Shown here in pieces: positions 30,298-39,557 of a stretch of DNA of 64,000 bases; position 1 is the first letter of the stretch, and every line of letters begins with the position of its first letter. Below the pieces are notes generated by a model. The model searched no databases. It was given only the letters and a program-made list of their open reading frames with translations, and was not told where the DNA came from. The DNA comes from an uncultured Gemmatimonadales bacterium (GTDB lineage Bacteria; Gemmatimonadota; Gemmatimonadetes; Longimicrobiales; Longimicrobiaceae), in assembly GCA_963716255.1 (NCBI GenBank), contig OY970303.1, positions 224,001-288,000 of the forward strand, given 5' to 3'. Position numbers and translations under genes: made by a program.

Positions 30298-31248
30298 TCA
30301 CGCCGCGGGCAGCCCCGCGAGGGCGCGCAGGTGCTGCACGACGGCAAGTCCCGTCGCGGCGGGGTCGTAGCCGCCCTCCAGGACGGAGACCAGGCGGCCG
30401 CCGCAGAGGCGGTCGGCGGCTTCGCGGAGAAGGAGGGTGAGGCCGTGCACGTCGCGGGGGGCCACGGCGAGACCGCCGAGCGGGTCGCCGGCCAGGACGT
30501 CGAAGCCGGCGGACAGGAGGATCCACTCCGGGGCCCAGGCGGCGGCCTCGTCCAGGGCGGCGCGCAGGGCGGCGGCGAACTCCTCGCCGCCGGCGCCGGC
30601 CGGGACCGAAAAGGAGCGGAGCGAGGGCGGGGCGGCGGGGGCATCGCCGGCCAGCGCGGGCGCGGGGTGCTGGTGGATGGCGAGGACCCGGGTACCGGCG
30701 TCGGCGGCGAGGACCGCGCCGGTGCCCAGGGGGGCGCGGGCGCCCCAGTCCATCACCAGCACGCGGCCGGCGCCGCGGCGCTCGCGCAGGTGCCGCGCGG
30801 CGATGGCGACGCTGTTGAACAGCGAGTGCCCGCCCGCGCGGCCGGCGGCGGCGTCGCGCCCCGGCGGCCGCGCCGAGCAGAAGGCGTTGCGCGCCTCCCC
30901 CGCGAGCACCGTCTCCACGCCGGTGAGCGCCGCCCCGGCCGAAGCCACGGCGGCGTCCCAGGACGCGTCGGAGACCACCACGTCGGCCTGGAAGGGGACC
31001 GGGCGCCCCTCCGCCGCGGCGCGCGCGACGGCCTCCCGCACGGCCCGGACGTACGCCGGGGTGTGCGCCAGGAGGAGGTCGTCGTCCGTGGCGGGGACGG
31101 CCTCCACCTGCACCAGGTGGCCGTGCAGCGCCGGCATGTCGCGGTACACGGCGCGCACCAGCGCGGGGATGCGCCCCTGGTGGTCCGGGTGGCTCCACCC
31201 GGTGTCGTGCCGGGGGCTGTCGTGGTGGCTGACGAACGCGGTGCTCAT
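30298..31248 (-). CDS. Histone deacetylase family protein with degenerate active site
   Basis: HDTG..HP, RPPG, LFN, SAGFD..GDPLG and LEGGY retained; catalytic HH and DxH missing. Confidence 0.85.
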   Translation of the reverse strand: MSTAFVSHHDSPRHDTGWSHPDHQGRIPALVRAVYRDMPALHGHLVQVEAVPATDDDLLLAHTPAYVRAVREAVARAAAEGRPVPFQADVVVSDASWDAAVASAGAALTGVETVLAGEARNAFCSARPPGRDAAAGRAGGHSLFNSVAIAARHLRERRGAGRVLVMDWGARAPLGTGAVLAADAGTRVLAIHQHPAPALAGDAPAAPPSLRSFSVPAGAGGEEFAAALRAALDEAAAWAPEWILLSAGFDVLAGDPLGGLAVAPRDVHGLTLLLREAADRLCGGRLVSVLEGGYDPAATGLAVVQHLRALAGLPAA

Positions 31249-31361
31249 TCGGAATCCGTGTGAATCGGGCGCCCTGCATCGTCAGCGAGGCGCTGAAGGC
31301 AAGGATGCCGTGCGGTTCTCCCCCTATTCCCCCGCTTGCGGGGGTGAGGGGGCCCACCCCA

Positions 31362-31410
31362 GCGGACGCCAGCGCGAAGCCCGACCCCGGCGCCAGCCGG
31401 GGGCACGCCC
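31362..31410 (-). repeat. Family A deletion derivative
   Basis: 5' hairpin fused directly to the downstream cgctggcgtccgc tail. Confidence 0.85.
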
Positions 31411-31479
31411 GAACCGGTCGTACCAAGCCGGACGGAGCGGAATCTACGGCGGAGCGCCCCGCGTGGGGAGCGGCCACGA

Positions 31480-31515
31480 AAAAAGCGGAGCCGGGAAAGA
31501 GTCCCCGGCTCCGCC
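31480..31515 (-). terminator. Intrinsic terminator
   Basis: gcggagccggg/ccccggctccgc stem followed by a T run on the minus strand. Confidence 0.75.
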
Positions 31516-31538
31516 TTCACCGATGAACGCCGCCGCGG

Positions 31539-34283
31539 CTACCGCAGCGGACAGTTGCGGTCGTTGAACTTCTTGAGGATGTACGTGGCCAGGTCGTACT
31601 TCCGGTAGCGGACCGCCGCCTGCACGATCTTCACGACCTGCTCCGGCGAGGGGCCGTAGGACACCTTGGGGTTCGCCGCGTTGAGCAGCGCCGCCACCGC
31701 CTCGCGCGCCAGGGCGTCATCCGCGTCGCCGCCCGGCTTCAGCGCGTCGAGCAGCGTGACGTTGGCGCCCACCAGGTTCACCCCGAACACCTGGTTGAAC
31801 TTCTGGCCGGTCTGGTAGCCCGTCCAGCTCCCCGTCTTCGACTTCCAGTAGCTGGCCGAGCAGCCGTTGACGCAGGGCCGCGAGTAGCCGTCCACCACGA
31901 TCTTGTCCCCGGCGAGGACGTGGTCGTGGTTGTCGGCCCACACCTTGACCACGTTGATGTAGATCCCCTTGCTCATCACGTCGGTGGGGCTGACCACCTG
32001 CACCGTCCGGGTGGCGCCCGCCGGGAGGTCGCCGAACGAGCAGGACAGCGTCTGGATGATCCCCGTGCTCAGGGTGCACCCGGCCACCGGCTCGTCCAGC
32101 TCCCACTCGATCCCGAAGCCCGGCTGCAGGATGTCGAGGAGCCTGACGTCCTGCGCGACCCCCGGGCCCGCGTTGGTCACCTTGATGGTGAAGCCGATGG
32201 GCGTGCCGACCTCGACTTTGTCGTCGTCGGCGGTCTTGACCACCTTCAGGTTGGGCTTCAGGGGCGCGGTGCACTTGACCTCGGTGACCGCCTCGTTGGA
32301 GTTGGCGGCGCCGTGGTTGGAGGCGGTGAACTTGCCCGTGTTCCGGTACACGCCGCAGCTGGGCGTGGGCGCCGGGGTCGAGCCGCCGCCGTAGGTGGAA
32401 GTGGAGACCGTGCCGCTCGCCGCCCGCGTCGCGCTGACCACGGTGACGCTCACCGAGGCCGAGGGCGCCAGCGAGGCGAAGCTGCAGGTGAGCGCCTGGG
32501 GGCTCCCGGAGATGGTGCACCCGGCCACGGCCGGCGAAACGGACCAGCTCAGCCCCGGCCCGACGGGCAGCGCGTCCGTGAGCGTCACCCCGGTGGCGGC
32601 GGCGGTCCCGCTGTTGGTCAGCCGCAGCGTGAAGCTGATGGGGCTGCCCGCCTCGACCGACGCGGCGCCGGCCGACTTGACCAGCGTCAGCTTGGGCGTA
32701 CTGCACTTCACCTCGGTGACCGCCTCGTTGGAGCTGACGGCGCCGTGGTTGGAGGCGGTGACCCGGCCCGTGTTCCGGTACACGCCGCAGCTGGGCGTGG
32801 GCGCCGGGGTGTGGCCGCCGTAGGTGGAGGTGGAGACCGTGCCGCTCGCCGACTGGGTCGCGCTGACCACGGTGACGCTCACCGAGGCCGAGGGCGCCAG
32901 CGAGGCGAAGCTGCAGGTGAGCGCCTGCGGGCTCCCGGAGATGGTGCACCCGGCCACCGCCGGCGACACGGTCCAGCTCAGCCCCGGTCCCGCGGGCAGC
33001 GCGTCCGTGAGCGTCACCCCGGTGGCGGGAGCGTCCCCGCTGTTGGTCAGCGTCAGCGTGAAGCTGATGGGGCTGCCCGCCTCGACCGACGCGGCGCCGG
33101 CCGACTTGACCAGCGCCAGCCTGGGCTCGCTCGGCTGGCACGCTCCCCACAGCGTCGCGCGCGCCAGTGCGGCCGCGAAGGTGGTCACGCCCCCGATGAC
33201 GCCGCAGTCGTTGATCGTCAGCGAGATCGAGCCGCACCCGCCCGACAGCTTCTCCAGCCGGGTGGGCTCCCCTCCGGTCCGCGCGTTCCAGCTGAAGCCC
33301 AGCTCGCTCCCCGTCGCGTCCCTGCTGCTCCCCACCACGACGCCGCTGGCGTTGATGGCGAACGCCGTGTTCCGGGAGCCGCCCAGCGTGGGAATCAGCA
33401 CGTACGAAGCGGGCGCCGTGTACCGGACGTAGAACGCCCGCGGCTCGCCGCCGGCATTCGACACCTGCCCCACCACCTCGCCCAGGTTGTTGACCGCGTA
33501 GGCGATCCCGCCGCCGTACCCGGCGGGGTTGGCGATCGGCTGGATCGCGCCGCCGAACGGCTTCACGAACGCCACCCCGGTGGGCGCTCCCTCGTCGATC
33601 GCGCCGGCCACGTCGCCGCTCGCGTTGATGCCGTAGCCGCTGGTGGGCAGCCCGGCGAAGGTGCCGAGCGGCGTGAGCGTCCCCCCCGAGTAGAGGAAGG
33701 CCTGCTGCACCGGGGTGGCGAAGGTGGTCCCGGCGATCTGGCCCGCGTCGTTGATGGCCCGGGCGATGGCTCCCTCACCCAGCACCGTCGCCGCGCCCGC
33801 CGCGGTCCAGCGGACGGCGCGGGGTCCGGCCGGCGGGGACACGAAGCCCACGATCTGGTTCAGGTTGTTGATGTCGTACGCGTAGCCGGGGTCCGTGCTC
33901 AGCACGCGCCAGGCCTGCCCCGGCTCCTTGACCGCCGGCACCGGCATTCCCTCGCGGTACACCGCTCCCACCACCCACCCCGCCTCGTTGATCCCGTAGA
34001 TCTCGCTCCCTTCCTCGCCGCCGTTGGCATCGGTGGGCGTCACGCTGCCGGAGGACGCCAGGCTGAAGCTGGTGCCGCCGGGGGCGCGCAGGTCCGCCGC
34101 GGCGCTGGGGGCACCCTTCCCGGAGCAGAACTTCGGCCCGAGGTTGATGCCGGTCTGCGACAGGCTGACGGTGCGCGGCGCCTGCTGCGGCATCGTCACG
34201 TTGGGCGCCACGTCGCTGCACGCCCCGAGGAGCGCGGTCAGGAGCGCCAGAGGTAGATAGCGTCTCACGGGTTTTCCTGTCAT
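31539..34283 (-). CDS. Large lipoprotein with HAF-type extracellular repeats and three DUF11-like domains
   Basis: Lipobox LGAC; repeated A.[AG]IN..G.VVG; L.LVKS..V.AG.PISFTL.LTN.G...ATGVTLTD.LP units. Confidence 0.85.
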   Translation of the reverse strand: MTGKPVRRYLPLALLTALLGACSDVAPNVTMPQQAPRTVSLSQTGINLGPKFCSGKGAPSAAADLRAPGGTSFSLASSGSVTPTDANGGEEGSEIYGINEAGWVVGAVYREGMPVPAVKEPGQAWRVLSTDPGYAYDINNLNQIVGFVSPPAGPRAVRWTAAGAATVLGEGAIARAINDAGQIAGTTFATPVQQAFLYSGGTLTPLGTFAGLPTSGYGINASGDVAGAIDEGAPTGVAFVKPFGGAIQPIANPAGYGGGIAYAVNNLGEVVGQVSNAGGEPRAFYVRYTAPASYVLIPTLGGSRNTAFAINASGVVVGSSRDATGSELGFSWNARTGGEPTRLEKLSGGCGSISLTINDCGVIGGVTTFAAALARATLWGACQPSEPRLALVKSAGAASVEAGSPISFTLTLTNSGDAPATGVTLTDALPAGPGLSWTVSPAVAGCTISGSPQALTCSFASLAPSASVSVTVVSATQSASGTVSTSTYGGHTPAPTPSCGVYRNTGRVTASNHGAVSSNEAVTEVKCSTPKLTLVKSAGAASVEAGSPISFTLRLTNSGTAAATGVTLTDALPVGPGLSWSVSPAVAGCTISGSPQALTCSFASLAPSASVSVTVVSATRAASGTVSTSTYGGGSTPAPTPSCGVYRNTGKFTASNHGAANSNEAVTEVKCTAPLKPNLKVVKTADDDKVEVGTPIGFTIKVTNAGPGVAQDVRLLDILQPGFGIEWELDEPVAGCTLSTGIIQTLSCSFGDLPAGATRTVQVVSPTDVMSKGIYINVVKVWADNHDHVLAGDKIVVDGYSRPCVNGCSASYWKSKTGSWTGYQTGQKFNQVFGVNLVGANVTLLDALKPGGDADDALAREAVAALLNAANPKVSYGPSPEQVVKIVQAAVRYRKYDLATYILKKFNDRNCPLR
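32277..33115. repeat. Intragenic ~430-nt near-identical tandem duplication
   Basis: 32277-32690 versus 32709-33115. Confidence 0.9.
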
Positions 34284-34450
34284 TGAGGGGATGATTTTTG
34301 GCAAGGATAGGCCGGTTGGTCCCGAAATTCCGATTGACAGGCGCAGTCGGCCCGCACGTGCGTGTGATCGGTCCAGCTCCGGATGCTGTCAGTCCCCGGC
34401 GGAGGCACGGCCCGGAAGCCCGGGGCCGTGCCTCTGCCGGACGAACGGCG

Positions 34451-35026
34451 TCAGCCGTCCGGCTGCTGCCTGCGGCGCCGCCGGGCGGCTCCCACCAGGC
34501 CGGCGAGCCCCGTGCCGAGCAGCGCCATCGAAGCCGGCTCCGGGGTCACCGTTCCCGCCAGCTGCGTGTGGGTGGTATAGCTGCCCGAGTAGGCGAGGTA
34601 CAGGTCGTCGACGTCGCCGCCGGTGCTCCCCGTCATGTTGGCCGTCCAGGCGAGCGAGTTCTGGAAGTAGACGGGCGACATGTTGCTGAGCGTGAGCTTG
34701 AAGGTCGATCCCGAGTTGAGGACGGACCCGGTGAACGCCGGGAAGTAGGTCGCGCCATCCTTCTTCCCGGACATCGCCACGAAGCCGGTGAACTGCCACG
34801 GCGAGTTAGGCAGCACGTCGACGAACAGCTCCTTGAGCCCGGCGAAGGTGGAGCCGGTCAGCGACGGGGTGAGGAACAGCTGAAACAACACCTGCGAGCA
34901 GGCGGCGTTGGCGCACGACGCCTGCATCTCCGAGGGGAATGCCGTCGCCTGGGCAGGCGGAGCGCCGACGACGGCGAGCGAGCCGACGGCGAAGACCCCG
35001 ACGAGCAGCTTTTTCAATCTGAACAT
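34451..35026 (-). CDS. PEP-CTERM sorting domain protein
   Basis: Signal peptide; C-terminal VTPEPASMALLGTGLAGLVGAARRRRR. Confidence 0.92.
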   Translation of the reverse strand: MFRLKKLLVGVFAVGSLAVVGAPPAQATAFPSEMQASCANAACSQVLFQLFLTPSLTGSTFAGLKELFVDVLPNSPWQFTGFVAMSGKKDGATYFPAFTGSVLNSGSTFKLTLSNMSPVYFQNSLAWTANMTGSTGGDVDDLYLAYSGSYTTHTQLAGTVTPEPASMALLGTGLAGLVGAARRRRRQQPDG

Positions 35027-35166
35027 TCATCCTCCCTGGTACGGTGGGAAAAGGACTCGGTGGGGATGTCCGGCCGAGTCGAGGTCCGGACCCGGCGTCC
35101 GGGTTTCCCTGCGCGGTGGGATGCTGGCCGCGGGGCAGCCAGCGTGGTGCGCCGCATCACGAGAAG

Positions 35167-35276
35167 GCAAGCCACGCACCATGACCGGCCATGCCCCGGA
35201 GACCCTCGACAATCCTTGTATATCAATTCACATCAAGGATTTAAAGCGTATATTCCGGGTGTAAAAAAACGTTACA
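35167..35276 (-). promoter_or_regulatory. Sigma-54 promoter with IHF-like site and activator palindrome
   Basis: TGGTGCGTGGCTTGC (GG-N10-GC) at 35167-35181; ATCAA-N4-TTA at ~35232; TGTAA-N7-TTACA at 35260-35276. Confidence 0.65.
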
Positions 35277-35449
35277 GGCGGGAAAAGCGTGGCTTCGATG
35301 CGACGCATCCTGTGGCTCGCATCCCGCAGGTCGCACGCGTCCGGCCGCCTCGCTCTCCGGCCGGCGAACGGCGGCGAAACGACGCGGCCCGGATGTCGCC
35401 GGGACGGCGCGCCCGGCCCCGCCGCCGCGGCCGTGCCCTGCCCATGAAA

Positions 35450-35485
35450 CGAAGCAGCGCGGCCCTCGCGGACCGCGCTGCTTTC
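35450..35485 (-). terminator. Probable terminator between the PEP-CTERM genes
   Basis: aagcagcgcgg/ccgcgctgctt stem. Confidence 0.6.
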
Positions 35486-35507
35486 CAGACAGGGCCGTCG
35501 AAGGAGA

Positions 35508-36293
35508 CTACTCCTTCTCGACCTCGGCCTTGCGGCGGCGGCGGAAGGCGCCGATGCCGGCCAGCCCGGTGCCCAGGAGCGCCATGCTGATGGGCTCGGG
35601 GACGGTGTCGGTGGGGATGTCCGCGCAGTTGGCGTTGGCGTTGCTGCCGTTGCTCGTGATGCACTCGGTGGACAGCCCCTGCGGGCCGTTCTGCGCCTTG
35701 ACGTACAGGATCGTGCCCGGATCGTTCGGATCGAACGTCTGGTTGATGTTGAAGGTAAACAGCGTCCAGCCGCCGTTGAGCCCGGCGTTGGTGACGCTGT
35801 ATCCGCCGGTGCAGCCGGCGTTGGACGTCATCCACAGCTCGTTGGAGCCGCCCGGGAGGCTCCCGGCCGCCGCGCAGCTGCTGGCGATGCCGTCGCCGAT
35901 GCCGTTGCCATTGTCGCCGCCCAGGTCGACGTTGATGCCGCCGCCGTTGGTCTGGTTGTTGAAGATCTGCCACCCGGCCGGGGTGTCGCTCCCGCGGGTG
36001 GAGCCCGACGTGCTGACGGCGGACGTGGCGTTCACGGCGGCGGTGATGTTGTCCAGCCCGACGGTGGTGAACACCCAGCTCGCCGCGCCGGCGCTGGAGT
36101 AGAGCCCGGAAAGGTTCCGGATCTTCATGGCGACGGTGGTGCCGGTGACGGCCACGTTCACCGACGCGCAGGTGGCGAACGGCTGGTTTCCGCCGCACAC
36201 GTCCCACTGGCGGATGCCGTCGGCATGCGCCGGGGTCGCGGCGCAGACGGCGAGCACGCCGAGCAGGGCACACGACTCCTTCATTCGTTTCAT
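35508..36293 (-). CDS. PEP-CTERM sorting domain protein
   Basis: Signal peptide ending AHA; C-terminal TVPEPISMALLGTGLAGIGAFRRRRK. Confidence 0.92.
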   Translation of the reverse strand: MKRMKESCALLGVLAVCAATPAHADGIRQWDVCGGNQPFATCASVNVAVTGTTVAMKIRNLSGLYSSAGAASWVFTTVGLDNITAAVNATSAVSTSGSTRGSDTPAGWQIFNNQTNGGGINVDLGGDNGNGIGDGIASSCAAAGSLPGGSNELWMTSNAGCTGGYSVTNAGLNGGWTLFTFNINQTFDPNDPGTILYVKAQNGPQGLSTECITSNGSNANANCADIPTDTVPEPISMALLGTGLAGIGAFRRRRKAEVEKE

Positions 36294-36526
36294 CGCATTC
36301 CCTCGGTTGGAGAGTTGTCGCCGGCGCAGCCGATGCCGCCGGCACTTGGTGTCGGGTGCGGGTGGAGCCCGCCAGCCCGCGTGTTCCCTTCCCCGCCCGC
36401 CCCTCTCCGACACCCATCTTCCGTGATCCCGGAACGCCCCGCGGGACGGCCCATGGGCACCACTGCGACGGACGGTTCGGTGGGGGGTGAGTACACGCCG
36501 GACGGGAGCCTGCGCAGGCGACCCAA

Positions 36527-36733
36527 AGCAAACGACAAGCCGCGTACGGAGGGGAAGACGGGACGGGGACGGGACATCCCAAGTACCTGCGAATGACCAG
36601 CTTGGGATGGAGGGTAGCGCGGCCGCGCCGGGGGGTGTCGCGCGAATGCGTCGCTCCGGCGCCACAGACCTGTGGCGCGCCCTCCGCAAAGTCAGGTGGA
36701 ATGCATGTTTACGACCTGTAATGTTTTATTACA
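36527..36733 (-). promoter_or_regulatory. Sigma-54-like promoter and activator palindrome
   Basis: CGGCTTGTCGTTTGC at 36528-36542; TGTAA-N7-TTACA at 36717-36733. Confidence 0.55.
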
Positions 36734-38378
36734 GCCGGCCTCCGAGACGGCGCACGGCCCACTCCAGGACGGCGAGCGCGGCCGCCGCCGCGAGGAGGCC
36801 CGGGCGCCACGGCGGGGCCTGCCGGCCGGGGCGCGGGAGCGCGGCTTCGCGGCGCGCGAGCTCGGCGGCGAAGGCGGACCCGGGCAGCGCGGCGCCGCCG
36901 GAGCGGGCGGCGAGCAGGGCCAGGCGGGCCCAGGCGTCCGGCGCGGCGACGCCGGTGTCGGCGCGGAAGCCGGCGACGGGCGGCGCCCCCCCGACCGCGA
37001 GGGAGTACACGCCGGGCCGGTCGGGGACGAAGCGCGCCCGCAGCGTGCCCGGGCGGCGCGGATCGGGGGCGAGCGGGAGGGATTCGCCGCGGCCGCCGGG
37101 GCGCGCCAGGACCAGCCGCGGGAGCGGGCCCGTGCGCCCCGCGGGCGCGAAGACGCGCACCTCCGCCGCCGCGCCGGTCGTCCCGACGGGCTCGGGCACC
37201 TCGACCACCAGGGAGTCGCGCGGGGCGGAGGCGAGCCAGTCCACGAGCGAGCGCCAGAACTCGCGGTGCTCGGCGACGCGCCCGGCCTCCATGCGCCAGC
37301 GCCAGGTCTCGGTGAGCCCCAGCGCGGCGGTCCTGCCCCGTCCCGCCGGGCGCAGCGCCAGCAGCATCCCTCCGGGCGCGGAGGCGGCGGTGGACGCGCC
37401 GGGGACAGGCCGGCCCACGGGCACGGACGCGGAGCGGACGCGCGCTGCCGGGAGCGCCGCAAGCTCGGCGGGGAGCGTCCAGCGCACGCGGTCGCCGGCG
37501 ACCTCGGCGGCGGCGCCGCTCCCGTCGGCGGCGCGCAGCGGACCCGCGCCCCCGCCGCCCACCCGCAGCACGCCGCCGCCGAGCCGCGAGGCGTAGTCGG
37601 CCAGCGCGGCGGCCTGGGCGGCGCCCGGGTCGGCGCCCTCCAGCACCAGCACGGCATCGAAGCGGGCGAGCGCGGCGGCGTCCGCGGGCACACCGCCGCC
37701 GCCCTGCCGCACGGCGAGCCCGCGCCCGAGCGGCTGCGACAGCTCCACGGCGGCGCCGGACTCCTCCAGCGCGCGGACGACGAAGCGCGATTCCCACGAC
37801 GGCGCGCCCGCGGCGACCAGCACGCGCGGCGCGGCGCCCGGCGCGACCCACGCGCCGGTGCGCCCGCTCCGCCCGGCGGCCTCCACCGTCCACTCGCGCC
37901 ATCCGGGCCGCGGCGGGCGCACGCGGAAGGCGCCCGCCGCCGTGCCGTCCGGCCCCGGCGCTACGATCACGGAGTCCTGAACGCCGCCCGCGTCGCCCAG
38001 CCGCACCACGACGCTGTCCCGCCCCGGTACGCGGATCGAAAAGGGGATGGCCGCCGCGCGCCCGGCCATGGGCCGCTGCGGGGGATCCACGTCCACCCAC
38101 GCGGCCGCTCCGGGGAGGCGGACGAGGAGCGGCGCGCGCCCGGCGGCGGCGGCGAGCGCGTCCAGCTCGGCGGCGCCGGGCGCGCGCTCGGAATCTCGGA
38201 CCAGCAGCGCGGGGGGCAAGCCGGCCAGCAGCGAGTCGGGGAGCGAAGCCGGACCCGCGGGGAGGCGGGAGACGCGGCCCGCCCCGGTCGCGGCGGGGCG
38301 CGGCTCGGGCGCGAGCAGCGCCCCCGCCAGCGCCAGGAGGACGCCCGCGCGGAGGACGGCGGGGAGGGTCGGGGTCAC
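36729..38378 (-). CDS. Membrane-anchored protein of the MoxR/BatA operon (GATase-like domain)
   Basis: RVLV..G.PSWESRF, G.GR....GLTETWRWRM, FWRSLVDWL, C-terminal LEWAVRRLGG. Confidence 0.75.
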   Translation of the reverse strand: MTPTLPAVLRAGVLLALAGALLAPEPRPAATGAGRVSRLPAGPASLPDSLLAGLPPALLVRDSERAPGAAELDALAAAAGRAPLLVRLPGAAAWVDVDPPQRPMAGRAAAIPFSIRVPGRDSVVVRLGDAGGVQDSVIVAPGPDGTAAGAFRVRPPRPGWREWTVEAAGRSGRTGAWVAPGAAPRVLVAAGAPSWESRFVVRALEESGAAVELSQPLGRGLAVRQGGGGVPADAAALARFDAVLVLEGADPGAAQAAALADYASRLGGGVLRVGGGGAGPLRAADGSGAAAEVAGDRVRWTLPAELAALPAARVRSASVPVGRPVPGASTAASAPGGMLLALRPAGRGRTAALGLTETWRWRMEAGRVAEHREFWRSLVDWLASAPRDSLVVEVPEPVGTTGAAAEVRVFAPAGRTGPLPRLVLARPGGRGESLPLAPDPRRPGTLRARFVPDRPGVYSLAVGGAPPVAGFRADTGVAAPDAWARLALLAARSGGAALPGSAFAAELARREAALPRPGRQAPPWRPGLLAAAAALAVLEWAVRRLGGRL

Positions 38379-38394
38379 GGGCGGCACCGGCGGA

Positions 38395-38610
38395 CCCCCC
38401 TCCCCCCGGCCCCCTCCCCCGCAAGGGGGGAGGGGGAGCACGACGGCGTGGAGGCTGGCGTCCGCGGGCCCCCACCCGGCGGCCTTGGAGCCGCCACCCT
38501 CCCCCAATTCTGGGGGAGGGCTTCCTGTTCCTCGCCTCGCGGTGTGTCGCTGCAGTGCTCCCCCTTTCCCCCGCTTGCGGGGGAGAGGGGGCCGGGGGGT
38601 GAGGGGGACC
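38395..38610. repeat. Repeat family C cluster
   Basis: gcaa/ttgc-loop C/G hairpins and ccctcccccaattctgggggaggg. Confidence 0.8.
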
Positions 38611-38637
38611 ACACGCGCGGACGCCAGTGCGATGCCC

Positions 38638-38765
38638 GCGTGAGGGATTCCGGCCCGAAGGGGCGAGACCGCGCGGCGGTTTGCGCGGGCTCGACTCCGT
38701 TACGCACGGTTGTTTCGTGCGTTACGGAGCCGAAGCCCGACCCCGGCGCAGCCGGGGGCACGCCC
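38638..38765 (-). repeat. Repeat family A copy 6 (only full copy on the minus strand)
   Basis: Inner stem acgcacg/cgtgcgt. Confidence 0.95.
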
Positions 38766-38793
38766 AGACCCAGGTCGTTCAAAGCAGTTGAGA

Positions 38794-39483
38794 TCAACGT
38801 GTGAGCGCGTACACGACGACGTTGACGCCGAAGCGGGTGTTGTCGACGGACTGGAAGCGCTTGTTCTGCGGGTGGTAGTTCCACTCCGAGGAGTAGTCCT
38901 TGTTGGAGTACAGGAGCCCGATGCGCCCGTCCACCTCCACGCCGAGGAGGTGCTCGTGGACCAGGTTGTCGCCCCAGCCGTTCAGCTCGTGGCTGGTGGT
39001 GGGCGGCCCGTCGGGGAAGCGGAAGAAGGCGCGGTACAGCTCGTGGTCGCGGGGGAGCGGACGCAGCGCGCGTGCCCCGAAGATGCGCCCCACCTCGGCG
39101 GTGGCGGTCTTGTGGAAGGCGCCGTCCACGTCGTGGTTGTGGTCGTCGATGAACACGAAGCCGCCGCGCTGCACGTACGCGCGCAGGTTGGCGCTCTCTC
39201 GCGCGTCGAAGCGCACGGGGAGGTGCCCGGTGAGGAAGACGAACGGGTAGCGGAACAGCTCGGGGCTGGCGAGGTCCACCACCACGCCCCGCGCGGCCAC
39301 GGGGATGGCGGTGTACTGCGCGATGGAGTGCACCAGGTTGGCGGGCACGAGCGGTGCCGAGTCCCAGTCGCCCGAGCCGTAGCGCGCGGTGGCCCACGTG
39401 AACGGCTCGGCGCGCCGGAACGCCGCGCTCCCGGACGCGGCGAGCCCGCCCGCCAGGCTGAGCAGGGCGAGCAGCAGCCGCAT
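38794..39483 (-). CDS. DUF4159-like protein
   Basis: RY.SGDWD, LFRYPFVFLTGH, LRAYVQRGGFVFIDD, FGVNVVVYALT; may start at GTG 39561. Confidence 0.85.
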   Translation of the reverse strand: MRLLLALLSLAGGLAASGSAAFRRAEPFTWATARYGSGDWDSAPLVPANLVHSIAQYTAIPVAARGVVVDLASPELFRYPFVFLTGHLPVRFDARESANLRAYVQRGGFVFIDDHNHDVDGAFHKTATAEVGRIFGARALRPLPRDHELYRAFFRFPDGPPTTSHELNGWGDNLVHEHLLGVEVDGRIGLLYSNKDYSSEWNYHPQNKRFQSVDNTRFGVNVVVYALTR

Positions 39484-39557
39484 GCCCCGGCCGACGCGCC
39501 CTCCGACGTTGCCGTTCTCCCCTCTCCCCTCGTGGGAGAGGGGCCGGGGGTGAGGGG

